DNA from: Alphaproteobacteria bacterium
GTDB lineage: Bacteria > Pseudomonadota > Alphaproteobacteria > UBA828
DNA length: 64,000 nt
NCBI GenBank assembly: GCA_965214705.1
Contig: CBDCCI010000002.1
Location: 1,280,001 to 1,344,000, forward strand
Reading direction: 5' to 3'
Part shown: positions 1-9,855 of the stretch, in pieces
Layout of the letters: each line of letters opens with the position of its first letter
Numbering within the stretch: the stretch's first letter is position 1
Notes under the pieces: generated by a model
What the model was told of the DNA's origin: nothing
Database searches by the model: none
The model's input: only the letters and a program-made list of their open reading frames with translations
Made by a program: the position numbers and the translations under genes

Positions 1-246
1 GTGCAGCATGTTGGTCAGGCCCCACATCAGCGGCTCGCGCTCGTCGGCCATCTGAGTGCCGTCTACGGTGATGCCGTCGACGATGACGCGGATGGCTTCG
101 TTCAGCGCATCGATGGCGTCGTCCTCGTCCCAGACGACGCGGCTGTCGAGCTCGCCGCGCTCGGGGCTTGCGCCGTAGAGGGCCATGCTGTCGCAGACTG
201 CAGCGGTTGCTGACGCGGTCGGGGTAGCGTTTGTGGTGTCGATCAT
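1..246 (-). CDS. DUF2493/SLOG-like ICE protein, N-terminal part (runs off window)
   Basis: Not in ORF track. The minus-strand frame is open from ATG at 246 (GGGAGGT RBS at ~251-257) to the window edge: MIDTTNATPTASATAAVCDSMALYGASPERGELDSRVVWD...EPLMWGLTNMLH. It resembles the N-terminus of DUF2493 proteins found downstream of TOPRIM genes in alphaproteobacterial ICEs/plasmids. Confidence 0.6.
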   Translation of the reverse strand, partial: MIDTTNATPTASATAAVCDSMALYGASPERGELDSRVVWDEDDAIDALNEAIRVIVDGITVDGTQMADEREPLMWGLTNMLH

Positions 247-298
247 GTCGACCTCCCTTGTTTCATCCCTCTGGATGTTCATCCTCCGGGGCCCAGTG

Positions 299-696
299 CC
301 CCTTCGTGATGTCGTTTCTCTTCACGCGCGCGCAGTGGAAGCACCTGGCCCTAGATGGTCTTAGGCGGGAGTCGGTGCGGAACGTCGCCGATGTTGGTGC
401 GGAAGTTGGCGTTCTTCGATCCTGGGAGGCCCGGCGCGCCGCCTCGGTGACTGGCCGCGTTTCGAGTAGGCCTTCTCAAGAACTGCTAGCGCCGGGCCGA
501 CGCGCCGGCCCCGCGCAAGGGGCCGGTGCGCCACACACTCGGCGTTGGAGAGTTCTGGCAAGCCAACTTCACGGTCGGCGACGTTCACGGCCCGCCTTAG
601 AGCATCTTGGGCCAGGCCGCAGGGAGCGGAGCGACCGGAGGACCCGCAGGGTTGCTGGAATGAGCACGCGTGACATCCTGCGACATCACGACGGGG
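299..696. other. Long imperfect fold-back (nested inverted repeats), possible ssDNA promoter/ssi or structured leader
   Basis: 299-331 pairs with 664-696 (TCGTGATGTCG/CGACATCACGA). 344-410 pairs with 562-616 (CCTGGCCC..GAACGTCGCCGA..GAAGTTGGC). Internal hairpins lie at ~411-483 and 501-530. Confidence 0.65.
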
Positions 697-747
697 TGGC
701 TATTCTCTCCCCACGCACGGTCTCCGTTTCTGTTGTGCCTGCCGGCA

Positions 748-981
748 TCACGACCAGAGTGGGTGTGAGCGGATACGCTGCTCGGCCACCTCGCGAATGC
801 GCGAGCGGTCGTGCACACGCACCGGGCCGCGGGGATCTTCGTCAAGATGGATCACGAAGAAGGACGAACCCGGGTGAAGGATGTCGGGATGACGGAAGAG
901 GTCGCCGACGTGATCGCCGTCGGCGTCGAGGATGCGAGCCTCGTCGTCGCCGACGCGCGTGAAGGTGATGGTGCTGCTCAT
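748..981 (-). CDS. hypothetical protein (77 aa)
   Basis: MSSTITFTRVGDDEARILDADG... with AGGAG RBS; globular composition; co-oriented with neighbours. Confidence 0.6.
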   Translation of the reverse strand: MSSTITFTRVGDDEARILDADGDHVGDLFRHPDILHPGSSFFVIHLDEDPRGPVRVHDRSRIREVAEQRIRSHPLWS

Positions 982-1079
982 GCTGCGCTCCTGGCGTGAT
1001 GGCGGCGGGGAGAAACCTCTCTCCCTCTCTGCGCCGCTCGCCCGGCGCCTGCTCTTCTCCGTCTCTGGCCGGGCGATCG

Positions 1080-2069
1080 TCACCACCGGTCCCCGGCGCT
1101 GACCCGGCGGCAGAAGATCGGGGCGAGCCTGGCGCGAATCGCCGGCGCGCCGAGGGCGACGAGATCGCTGTTGAAGTCATCGCCCGCGGGCGCGACGACC
1201 AGTGCGGCGACCCTCGCGCGTGCGCAGCGCCGGGCGAGGCGCTCGGCTGCGCGCTCTCCCTCGGGGTCGTTGTCGCGCGCGATCACCAGCCGCGTGACGC
1301 CGGCAGGCGGCGCGAATGCGCCGAGGCTGCCGGCGGACAGCGCCGCGGCAGCAACGGTGTCGGGGATGGCGGTGACGATGGACAGCACGGTCTCGATCCC
1401 CTCGCCGACCAGCAGCGTGCCGGCGCCGGGAGCGCCGAAGCGGACGGCCAGTCCGTGGACGCGGCCGAGCGCCTTGCGCGGGCACGCCACGGGCGCCTTG
1501 GCCGGGCGCGAGGGATCGAGCCAGGTGCGGTGGACGCCGGTAACGGATCCGCCGGTGCCGGTCACGGCGGCGACCAGCGCCGGCAGGCGGCGCACGCCGC
1601 CGCCGTCGCGGTAGAAGAGCGCGGGGTGGAAGCGGAGCGCGGGGAAGCGGCAGCGATGGACATGCCTGGCGCGCAGATAGGCCTCGGCATGGGTGCCGTC
1701 GATGGCGCGGCAGCGCTGCCACAGGCGGCGTGCCGCCTCGGTGGCGTCGTAGGCGTCGCCCGGGCCCGCAGCCGGCACAGCCGGCCGGGCGAGGAAAGCG
1801 CGCGCCTCGTCGAGCGCCGCGCGAAGCGTCGGCGCGCAGGTGCGACGGCGGATGATGTCGAGCAGATCGCCATGCTCCCCCGTGGCTGCATCGGTGAACT
1901 TCCCCGGCGGACCTGGAGGCGCGAGGCGGACGAAGAGGGATCGCCCGCGCCCGCCGTCGAGGTCGCCCGCGACCCAGTACCGGCCCCGGCGGCGCCCGTA
2001 GGGCAGGTATCGGCGGCAGACCTCTTCGGCGCGCTCGGCGAGCGCTGCGGCGACGGAAGCCGCGTTCAT
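1080..2069 (-). CDS. TOPRIM-domain DNA primase-like protein (ICE/plasmid type)
   Basis: GKFTDAATGEHGDLLD N-terminal motif, GVHRTWL, and TOPRIM motifs LLVGEGIET and IARDND; likely start MNAASVAAAL. Confidence 0.85.
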   Translation of the reverse strand: MNAASVAAALAERAEEVCRRYLPYGRRRGRYWVAGDLDGGRGRSLFVRLAPPGPPGKFTDAATGEHGDLLDIIRRRTCAPTLRAALDEARAFLARPAVPAAGPGDAYDATEAARRLWQRCRAIDGTHAEAYLRARHVHRCRFPALRFHPALFYRDGGGVRRLPALVAAVTGTGGSVTGVHRTWLDPSRPAKAPVACPRKALGRVHGLAVRFGAPGAGTLLVGEGIETVLSIVTAIPDTVAAAALSAGSLGAFAPPAGVTRLVIARDNDPEGERAAERLARRCARARVAALVVAPAGDDFNSDLVALGAPAIRARLAPIFCRRVSAGDRW

Positions 2070-2274
2070 GGCGCACACTTCTGGATCAAGCGGGAATCGG
2101 CGAAGCCGGGACTGTCGGCGGTGATGGGGCGCATGAGAGACCTCTCCGGACGCTGCGTGGGACGCGCCCCGGTCCCGGCCTCGACCGGCCTCTCGCCGGC
2201 GCCGGAACGGCAGGCGCCGCGCGAAGCGCACGGCGCGCCATCCGGCCCGTGAGGGACTCGGATCGGGCTGCACG

Positions 2275-2313
2275 AAAAAGCCCGCCCCGCGCGGGAGGAA
2301 CGCGGGGCGGGCT
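2275..2313 (-). terminator. Rho-independent terminator after ssb
   Basis: 13-bp stem AGCCCGCCCCGCG/CGCGGGGCGGGCT followed by a T5 run on the minus strand. Confidence 0.7.
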
Positions 2314-2354
2314 CTGGGGCGAGCGGGCGGGGAAGGCCCGCTGCGGGGACAGGC

Positions 2355-2798
2355 TCAGAACGGGATCGAACTGCCCTGGTCTGCAGCCACGGCCGAACCG
2401 TTGGCCGGCTCCGCCGTGTCGGCCGCGCCGTTGCCGCTGGCCCCGGCAGGACGATCGAGGAACTGCACGCGGCCACCGGGCACGAGGAGGATCTCGGTCG
2501 AGAACCGGTCGCTGTCCTCACCGTCCTTGCGCCACTTCCTGGTCTGCAGCTTGCCCGCGACGTAGACCAACCGGCCCTTCTTCGCGTGCTTCTCCAGCAT
2601 GTCGATCAGCCCGCTCTGGAAGCTGACCACCCTGTGCCACTCGGTCCGATCCACCCGCTCGCCGGATTGCCTGTCGATATAGGATTCGTCGGTCGCCACC
2701 GACATATTGGCGACGCGCCCGCCGGAGGCGAGGTTGCTGATGGTCGCATCGGCGCCCAGCCGGCCGATGATCTGAGCGGAGTTGAGTCCGAACGCCAT
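2355..2798 (-). CDS. ssb: single-stranded DNA-binding protein
   Basis: LNSAQIIGRLGAD, RTEWHRVV, KKGRLVYVAGKLQTRKW, C-terminal IPF; start MAFGLN. Confidence 0.95.
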   Translation of the reverse strand: MAFGLNSAQIIGRLGADATISNLASGGRVANMSVATDESYIDRQSGERVDRTEWHRVVSFQSGLIDMLEKHAKKGRLVYVAGKLQTRKWRKDGEDSDRFSTEILLVPGGRVQFLDRPAGASGNGAADTAEPANGSAVAADQGSSIPF

Positions 2799-3041
2799 GA
2801 TCGTGTCTCCTTGCGATTCGAGTTGATGACGAAGGTTGACGAGCGGGCTGGAGCCTCTCCTCGGCCCCGCCCTGCTCACCTTCTCCAAGCCTCACTTCAC
2901 TCTCGCCTGCGGCCTGCTCCGAGGCCCGCCGGGTTTACGAGGCCTCGCGAATCGCACGGCCGGTGACTGCCGTGGCGCCGGTTCGGGATCGCGATTGACG
3001 GGAGCGGGCTCACCTTCGGAAGGCCCGCGGCGGGTCCGCGC

Positions 3042-3851
3042 TCATGACGGCGATAGAGCCATCAAGGGAATGTTGGAGCGGATCTCGACTTGCTCGGGGC
3101 GCAGGTGGGCGAAGGCGATGCAGGCGGCGGCCTCGGATTCGGTCTCGAAGACGCCCAGCTCGTCGCCCGTCTCCAATTCGATCACGGTGATCTGCGGCGG
3201 CCAGAGCGCCGCCAGGTGTCGCTCGGGCGCGCGGGAATTGGACCGATATGCGCAGCGCTCACAGCGGGCCGTGCCACCGGTGCGGACCCCACAATCCACA
3301 CACGCGCCCTGCGCGCGCCTCGCGGCATAGCGCTTCTTCCCGGCAGCGCTCGCTCGGTCGGGACAGACGCGCTCCTTCTCCAGTGCGAGGCAGCGGCCGC
3401 AGCGCGACAGGCCCCCGACCGTGGGCTGGTTGCAGCGCACGCAACTGTCGGCAGCGCGCCGCGCGTCATAGCGCCGGCGGTCGCGTGCGCGCCGCTCCTC
3501 GCGGCACGGCTCGCAGACGGAGCGGTTCTCGTCCGGCCGACGGAGGCCGCAGGACGTGCAGAGTCCCGCCTCCTGACGCGCCCGGCGGCGGCGCCTGTCG
3601 CCGGCGCGGTCGGCTCTGCGGCAGCGCTCCGGATCGCGGCCGCCATATTGCTGGCCCTCGCCGCGGGCCTTCGCCCGGCGGGCGCGCTCGGCGGCGCGGC
3701 GCTTCTCGGCACAGCCTGTACACACTTTGCGACCGGGCTCGGGAGGAAGCCGGCCGCAGCGAGTGCAACGGCCGCTGGCGGTGCGCGCGGCGTGGCGCTG
3801 GCGGAGGCGGCGATCCCGCGCCTTCTTCTTCACCGGGTCCTTGAGCGGCAT
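3042..3851 (-). CDS. hypothetical Arg-rich protein with four CxxC..CxxC (Zn-ribbon-like) repeats
   Basis: GRCTRC..VCTGC, GLCTSC..VCEPC, SCVRC..RCGRC, GACVDC..RCERC, separated by Arg-rich helices, plus a small C-terminal globular part. Confidence 0.7.
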   Translation of the reverse strand: MPLKDPVKKKARDRRLRQRHAARTASGRCTRCGRLPPEPGRKVCTGCAEKRRAAERARRAKARGEGQQYGGRDPERCRRADRAGDRRRRRARQEAGLCTSCGLRRPDENRSVCEPCREERRARDRRRYDARRAADSCVRCNQPTVGGLSRCGRCLALEKERVCPDRASAAGKKRYAARRAQGACVDCGVRTGGTARCERCAYRSNSRAPERHLAALWPPQITVIELETGDELGVFETESEAAACIAFAHLRPEQVEIRSNIPLMALSPS

Positions 3852-3866
3852 GACCGGCCACCCCGG

Positions 3867-4193
3867 TCAGCGCGCGTGGCGCATGGCGCTCAACCCGCTC
3901 GCGGAAATCCCCCAAATCTGCACGCCCGACGCCTTGAGATCGAGCGCGGTGCAGACGATGATCTCGTCGCGCTCGGGCCGCAACTTCCTGACGGCGCCTG
4001 CGCTCACGATCGTGCGGCGCGGCCTGCGTCCGCCCTTCTTTGCCTTCGGCTGCCCGGCCTCGACCGGGTGGATCTGCCCGTCGGGCCGGGAGCGGTACTT
4101 CTCTACCACGTAGCGCTCCCCGTCGAGCCCCCGCCCGAAGACGTGGACCAGGAACGTGTGCGCGTTGCGATACGACGGCCGGCGAATCTGCAT
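3867..4193 (-). CDS. hypothetical protein (108 aa)
   Basis: MQIRRPSYRNAHTFLVHVF... preceded by GGGGAGG RBS; directly upstream of and co-oriented with the Zn-repeat gene. Confidence 0.6.
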   Translation of the reverse strand: MQIRRPSYRNAHTFLVHVFGRGLDGERYVVEKYRSRPDGQIHPVEAGQPKAKKGGRRPRRTIVSAGAVRKLRPERDEIIVCTALDLKASGVQIWGISASGLSAMRHAR

Positions 4194-4540
4194 GGCCTGC
4201 CTCCCCTTCGTCTGATGTGCCGACGGCGGGGACCCGCTCCGCAGCGCCGCCCCCACCGCCCGCGTCACGGCCGGCCTCTCGCTCGCAGCGGCGCAGAAGC
4301 GTGTGGCGGCGGAAGGACGACGGGGAGGCGGCGGGGCGGAGGCGGGTGGGAGTGACGGACACCGCCGTTTCGTCATCCGGGGGACGGCCGGGGCCGCTTA
4401 CGAGGCGTCCGCCGGTCTGTCACCGCGGGCCGGCCGTGGCTATGATGACGGCCCTGCGGCGGAGACCATCCCGCCGCAGTCATTCGGGTTGCCCGGCGGC
4501 GGGTTGGCCCAGGCAAATCACACAAGGCAGGTCGTTCGGA

Positions 4541-5383
4541 ATGCTGGAAGGCGGTTCAGGATCGGCGCCCGGCGCCACAGTCGTTGCAACAGTGAAGTGG
4601 TTCAATCCGGTGAAGGGGTTCGGCTTCCTTACGCCCGTCGACGGTTCGCCCGACGTCTTCTGCCATGTCTCGGCGGTGTCGCGGGCGGGCTTTGACACTC
4701 TTCCCGAGGGCGCGAGCGTAACCTGTCAGGTCGAGCAGGGCCGTCAGGGTCCGCAGGTCTGGCAGATCCATGCCGTCGATACGTCGACCGTGACCGCGAG
4801 CCCGACGAGGGGCGGCGGGCCGCCGCGCGGCGATTACGGACATGGTCACGGCGAGCGGGGTCCTGCTTCCGGCCGCCGCGTCGTGGCTGCCGTGAAGTGG
4901 TTCAATCCGGCGAAGGGTTTCGGCTTTCTGGTTCCCGACGACGGCTCGCCCGATGTGTTCTGCCATGCCTCGGCGGTCCGGGACGCCGGGTACGACACGC
5001 TCCCGCAGGGCGCGACCGTGACCTGCGAGGTGACGGAAGGCCGGCAGGGTCCGATGGTTTCGTCCATCGTCGCCGTCGATGCCTCGACCGCCATGGCCCA
5101 ACATGCGGACCGCGACGAGCCGTACCGCGACCGGCGTGAACGAGGGTGGGACCGCGACCAGCCGGCCGGGCCGGTCGAGGAGCGTTCCGGCCTGGTCAAG
5201 TTCTACAACGCCGCCAAGGGATACGGCTTCGTGGTTCCGGACGACGGCGGGCCTGACGTGTTCCTGCACGGGAGCGTGCTCAACCGGGCCGGCCTGGGCG
5301 CGCTTGAGCCGGGCGAGCGGGTGAGCGTCATGGTGGAGCAGGGAACGCGCGGCGCGCAGGCGAGGGACATCGAGCTCATCTGA
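4541..5383 (+). CDS. cold-shock protein with three tandem CSDs
   Basis: Three copies of VKW/F(F/Y)N..KG(F/Y)GF..DVF.H.S (RNP1/RNP2); likely start MLEGGSG. Confidence 0.9.
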   Translation: MLEGGSGSAPGATVVATVKWFNPVKGFGFLTPVDGSPDVFCHVSAVSRAGFDTLPEGASVTCQVEQGRQGPQVWQIHAVDTSTVTASPTRGGGPPRGDYGHGHGERGPASGRRVVAAVKWFNPAKGFGFLVPDDGSPDVFCHASAVRDAGYDTLPQGATVTCEVTEGRQGPMVSSIVAVDASTAMAQHADRDEPYRDRRERGWDRDQPAGPVEERSGLVKFYNAAKGYGFVVPDDGGPDVFLHGSVLNRAGLGALEPGERVSVMVEQGTRGAQARDIELI

Positions 5384-5471
5384 GGCGGAACGGCCGCCGC
5401 GCGCCGGTACGTCTCACATGCCGGGATGTACGGCCGGAACGCGAGCGCCGATTCGGCAGGGTGGCGTGGAG

Positions 5472-5813
5472 CTATTCCACCATCCGCTTGAGGCCCGCCA
5501 GGACGCGGACCTTGACCGCCGTGGACGCTGGCTTTGCAGCCACCTGTATCTCCTCGCCGGTGCGCGGCGAGATCATCGTCCGCGCCTTGGTGGCAGGCTT
5601 GCGTACACGCATGACCCTGAGCAAGCCGGGAAGCGTGAAGGTGCCGACGGCGCGCTTCTTGATGTGGCGCTCGATGAGAATGCCCAGTTCGTCGAGCACC
5701 GCAGCGACGTCCTTCTTCGGAAGCCCGGTCGACTCCGAGAGCGAGGCCAGCAGCTGCGTCTTGGTCATCGCTTCCCTGAGCGCGGTGGCCTTGCGGTGAG
5801 TTGAAGTTGCCAT
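5472..5813 (-). CDS. HU-family DNA-binding protein (divergent type)
   Basis: MTKTQLLASLSESTGLPKKDV...FTLPGLL..KPATKARTMISPRTGEEIQVAAKPAS. Confidence 0.9.
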   Translation of the reverse strand: MATSTHRKATALREAMTKTQLLASLSESTGLPKKDVAAVLDELGILIERHIKKRAVGTFTLPGLLRVMRVRKPATKARTMISPRTGEEIQVAAKPASTAVKVRVLAGLKRMVE

Positions 5814-6298
5814 GTTTCGGGTCTCTGATGGTGGGGCTGGGGCGGCTGCATACTACGCCGGCGAGCGGGCGCCAAGGGACGCTGGTCCCTACCGGAGCCC
5901 CACCGGCGTCTTCCCGCTCCGGGAACCTCTTCTCGGCCGGCAGGTACACAACCAGGCCCGAGGGATCGCTGGCGGCAACCGGTCCCGCGTTGCCGCCGGC
6001 CGTCGCCGCCACGCCGCGGGCCGTGAGCGCGGGCGACCGCGTCGGTGAATTGCGAATCGGATGTTCGGCGGCCGAAGAGTGGGAGGGAGGCACAGGTGCG
6101 TCAGCGTCACGGTCTGCTCAATGGATGGGCGCGGGTAGTTTGCCGGGGATGCTGTGCAGGTGAGAGGCGGATTGCTCGCGGCGGACGCAGGCCACGGATG
6201 CCGGACTCTGCCCACGGTCCGATCCCGCCCGGAGATGCCGGTGCGGCGGCGCCGACGGTCCGAGTCCCCACCGCCCGGCCGCAGCCGCTGCGCGCTTC

Positions 6299-7891
6299 CT
6301 ACTCGGCGTCCGGCCAGGCGTCCTCGTCCGGAAGCCCTATCGCGAAACCGTATTCCTCCATCTGCCAGGCCGCGATGCTGGCGGAGAGGACGTGCTCCAT
6401 GATCGGCACCTTCTTCAGCGCCCAGCCGTCGAGCAGTGCGTCCGCCGTCGCTGCGAAGGACCGCCACTCCCCGCCCCTGCTGCCGGCCCTCAGGACATGC
6501 GCCGTCCTCAGCATGAGAAGCGCCCAGTAGTCGCGACGCTCCTCCAGGCGGGTCCACAGCGCCGCTTCCAGCTGCCGCGGGCCGGGCGCGTCATCCAGCG
6601 CCTCGTCCACCACAGCCGTGCCCTCGCTCCAGGTGGACACCAGCGCGTGGTCGAGCGGCCACTGCGCGCTGCGGCCGACCAGAACTCTCCGCTCGCGGGC
6701 CGAGAGCCCGGCGACCTCGCCGCCGGGATCGGCGAGGGCCGTCCATTCCGGCACGCCCATCGGCCGGGGCCGCAGATCGTCGATGCCGCACGCGCCTGCC
6801 ACGTCCAACAGTCCCGCGGCAGGCGGGCGCCCAGTGATCAGCCCGTCCGCCAGCGCAGCCGTCAAGACCGTCTCAAGCGCCGGCCAGGCCACCTCGAAGC
6901 CGCCGGACTCGGCGACGTGAGACGGCACGACGTCCTCGATACCGTTCCCCTGCGCCAGGAAGGCGTCCTTCACTCCCTCGCCTGTCTTGAGCAGCACCAG
7001 CGCCGCAGCGGGGCCGTTCCCGCCCTCGAGCGCCGCCGCGAAGGACTGGCCGCCCGTGCCGTCCGGCACCGTGCCGAACAGCTGCAACCGGCGCAGGCCA
7101 TGTTCCTCCAGCGGTCCCACCGGGCCGCGCCGCCGCGCCTCGCGCAGCGCCGTGTCGAGAAGCGGGCGCGTGCCGTCGGCGGGAAGCCAGCTCCGGATGA
7201 GGGGCAGCGCTGCCGCCGAACCGGGGTCGAGGGTGCCCCGCCGCGCCCGCTCGCCCAGCCCCCCGGCGGCGGCGAGACGGACCTCCGACGCCGTATGCAG
7301 AAGCCAGTACAGCGCCAGATGGCCGCACCACGGCTCGTCCCGGCCCGCGACACGGTGGACGAAGCCCGGCCGGAGCGGCGCAGGAAGCAGACCCAGCAGG
7401 TCTTCGAGCATCGCGTACAGGCGGTAGGTGTCGCCCTCCGCCTGCCGCCGCAGGTCGTCAAGCTCGGCGTCGAGGTCGCCGGGATAGCCGCGGCTCTCCG
7501 CCTCGTCCGCAATGGAGGCAAGGAGGAATGAGGCCAGGGCCTCGGGCGCGTCGATCTCGGCGCGGGCGTAGGCGCGAGCGAGCGACAGGGCGGTCTCAAG
7601 ATCGAGGCCCCCGGACGCGGCCAGCCCGTCGATCGTCCCCTGCGCCTCTGCCAGGAAGCGCTCGCCCAGGCGCCCCCCGCTCTCCCGGTCCAGCCGGGCG
7701 TGCTCGACCAGGGCCTCGAACAGGCGCATTCGCCGCTCCGGGTCCCACCGGGGGTCCAGAAGCAGCGCAGTTGTGATCCCCGGCGCTCCCAGGAGCGCCG
7801 GGGCGTGGTCCATCGCAGCGCGCATCGCGGCCTCGGCATCGTCGCCTGCGAGCTCGTCCAGCCAATCGGGGCCGGTATCGTCGTCCGGCAT
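6299..7891 (-). CDS. hypothetical protein (530 aa, largely helical)
   Basis: Long ORF with normal globular composition and typical high-GC codon pattern; no motif recognised. Confidence 0.75.
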   Translation of the reverse strand: MPDDDTGPDWLDELAGDDAEAAMRAAMDHAPALLGAPGITTALLLDPRWDPERRMRLFEALVEHARLDRESGGRLGERFLAEAQGTIDGLAASGGLDLETALSLARAYARAEIDAPEALASFLLASIADEAESRGYPGDLDAELDDLRRQAEGDTYRLYAMLEDLLGLLPAPLRPGFVHRVAGRDEPWCGHLALYWLLHTASEVRLAAAGGLGERARRGTLDPGSAAALPLIRSWLPADGTRPLLDTALREARRRGPVGPLEEHGLRRLQLFGTVPDGTGGQSFAAALEGGNGPAAALVLLKTGEGVKDAFLAQGNGIEDVVPSHVAESGGFEVAWPALETVLTAALADGLITGRPPAAGLLDVAGACGIDDLRPRPMGVPEWTALADPGGEVAGLSARERRVLVGRSAQWPLDHALVSTWSEGTAVVDEALDDAPGPRQLEAALWTRLEERRDYWALLMLRTAHVLRAGSRGGEWRSFAATADALLDGWALKKVPIMEHVLSASIAAWQMEEYGFAIGLPDEDAWPDAE

Positions 7892-8069
7892 GGGTCCGCT
7901 TTCCCGTCAGTCCCTGAAAGTGCCGCCGGCAACTTGCGAACACTGCGGCCGGAACGTGCACCGCCCGGTGCAGGGCAGCCGGAGACAGGAAGCCGCCCGG
8001 CGCCTCCGGGAACTGTGCCTGTTCGCCTTCCCGGGACTGGCGGTGCCGCAGGCGGCCGATAGTGGGGAA

Positions 8070-8459
8070 TCAGTCATCATCGCCGTCCGTTCTTCCGGGA
8101 GGCTTGAGAGGCACCATCAAGTCGGCGTCCAGCTTCGGCTCGTCCCACGCCCGGACGGAGGATTCCCAGAACCCCAGCATGGCCTGGAATTGCGGATCGT
8201 CGATCTTCGCATGGAACGTGTAGAGGCGGTCGACAACTTGCCGCATCAGATCGCGCATCGCGTCGTCGTCGAAATGGGACACGCGCGGCCACGGTATTCG
8301 CTGTCCGTCGGCGTCGACGACCGTCACGTCCGAGTAGTCGCCGGTGCGGGTGACCGGGACGATGCCGGCGTGGATGTCCTCGAGCTTCGTGTTGCGGACG
8401 CAGGTCAGGGCCATCAGCTTGGCTACGATCGACAAGGTCTGTCGCTCACTTTCGTTCAT
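8070..8459 (-). CDS. hypothetical protein (129 aa)
   Basis: MNESERQTLSIVAKLMALTCVRNTKLEDIHAG...IPWPRVSHFDDDAMRDLMRQVVDRLYTF; GGGAGG RBS upstream. Confidence 0.7.
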   Translation of the reverse strand: MNESERQTLSIVAKLMALTCVRNTKLEDIHAGIVPVTRTGDYSDVTVVDADGQRIPWPRVSHFDDDAMRDLMRQVVDRLYTFHAKIDDPQFQAMLGFWESSVRAWDEPKLDADLMVPLKPPGRTDGDDD

Positions 8460-8857
8460 GGCCCCCGCCTCCCGCGCCCGGGTCGTCCGCCGGGGAAGGT
8501 TACTGGAAAAGGGAGGGTGCGGCGACGTGGCGGAGGAGGTTCTGGCGGTCCTGCATCGGGCGGCGATGCATCCGCTGCTGCCTGGGCCTACCGGCATCGA
8601 AGGCGGAGCCTCGCCGCTTCGCAATCGAGAGGTCCGTGCTGAAGGCGGATCGGCTTGTCGCGGACGCGTGGCAGGCCCCTGCCGCGAGGTGGACGCCTCC
8701 TTGAATCGCACCGGACCCTTGCCTATAGCTTCGGGCGCCGGACGGGCGATTCGGAGGACGATCCGGGGCTGCGTGCGGGAGCGAACCCGTTACTTCGTTC
8801 AGTGCGGATGCCGGTCCGGTCGAGTGGCCTGTTCGCAGGCGGAGAGGTTCGATCCTC

Positions 8858-9726
8858 ATGGCCGATAGCCTCGATCCTATCGCAGGGCTCGACGAGAGCG
8901 CCCCCGCCAGGAAGCGCAAGCCCCAGCGCAAGGCTGCGCGGAAGGCGCCGCGCTCGCCCGGCCGGCGGTCGAAGGCGAGGGCGCCCGCGCCTCAGCCCGC
9001 GCCGCCCGGCAACGGCGACTACACTGCGCGCGACATCGAGATTCTGGAAGGGCTGGAGCCGGCGCGCCGCCGGCCCGGCACGTATGTGGGCGGCACCGAT
9101 CAGCGGGCGCTGCATCACCTGCTGGCCGAGCTCATCGACAACGCGATGGACGAGGCGATCGCCGGCCACGCGAGCCGGATCAAGATCGCGCTCTACGACG
9201 ACGGCTCGGCCTCGGTCAAGGACAACGGCCGTCGCATCCCCGTCGACCCGCATCCAGGTACGAGAACGTCTCGGCGCTGCAGGTGATCCTGACCACACTG
9301 CACTCGGGCGGGAAGTTCGGCGACAAGGTGTACGCGGCCTCGGGCGGCCTGCACGGGGTCGGCCTCTCCGTGGTCAACGCACTTTGGGAGCGGCTGACGG
9401 TGGAGGTCGCGCGCGACAGGCGGCTGTGGCGGCAGTGCTACGCGCAGGGCACGGCAGCCGGCCCGTTGGAGGACGCCGACCGCGACCGGCTGCTGGAGAG
9501 CGACTTCGCCGGCGCCGGCAAGGTCGAGATCAGCCGTTTCAAGGGGCTGGGCGAGATGCCGCCGGCCCAGCTCAAGGAGACCACCATTGACCCGGCGCGG
9601 CGCACGCTGCTGCGCGTCGAGGTTGCCGAAGACGCAGGCACGGCCACGGCGCACCGGGTCGAGGAACTGATGGGCCGCCGCCCGAATCCCGCCTTGCCTT
9701 CATTCAGAGCCACGCCGGCCAAGTGA
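8858..9726 (+). pseudogene. parE: DNA topoisomerase IV subunit B relic (frameshift plus large internal deletion)
   Basis: [29 protein letters not shown], frameshift ~9255, [17 protein letters not shown]. The sequence then jumps (~9480) to the C-terminal [18 protein letters not shown] motif. Confidence 0.85.
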
Positions 9727-9855
9727 GCGCGCTCGACCTGTGACACGGCCGGCTAACCGGGGCCTCGTTGGGCGTTGGGCCGCGCAGCGGAACGGAGATT
9801 TGACCCTTCCGTTGCCTTTCGTATCGTGATCCTGCAGGCGGAGGACTTATCGGCG

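Noticed and set aside
1-962. Plus-strand ORFs 1..213 and 231..962
   Set aside because: They are shadows of minus-strand genes and of the structured intergenic region; no RBS or protein-like composition.
2800-3040. Second ssDNA-promoter-like fold-back upstream of ssb
   Set aside because: Only short inverted repeats (TGCGATTCG/CGAATCGCA) were seen, which is not enough to call without folding statistics.
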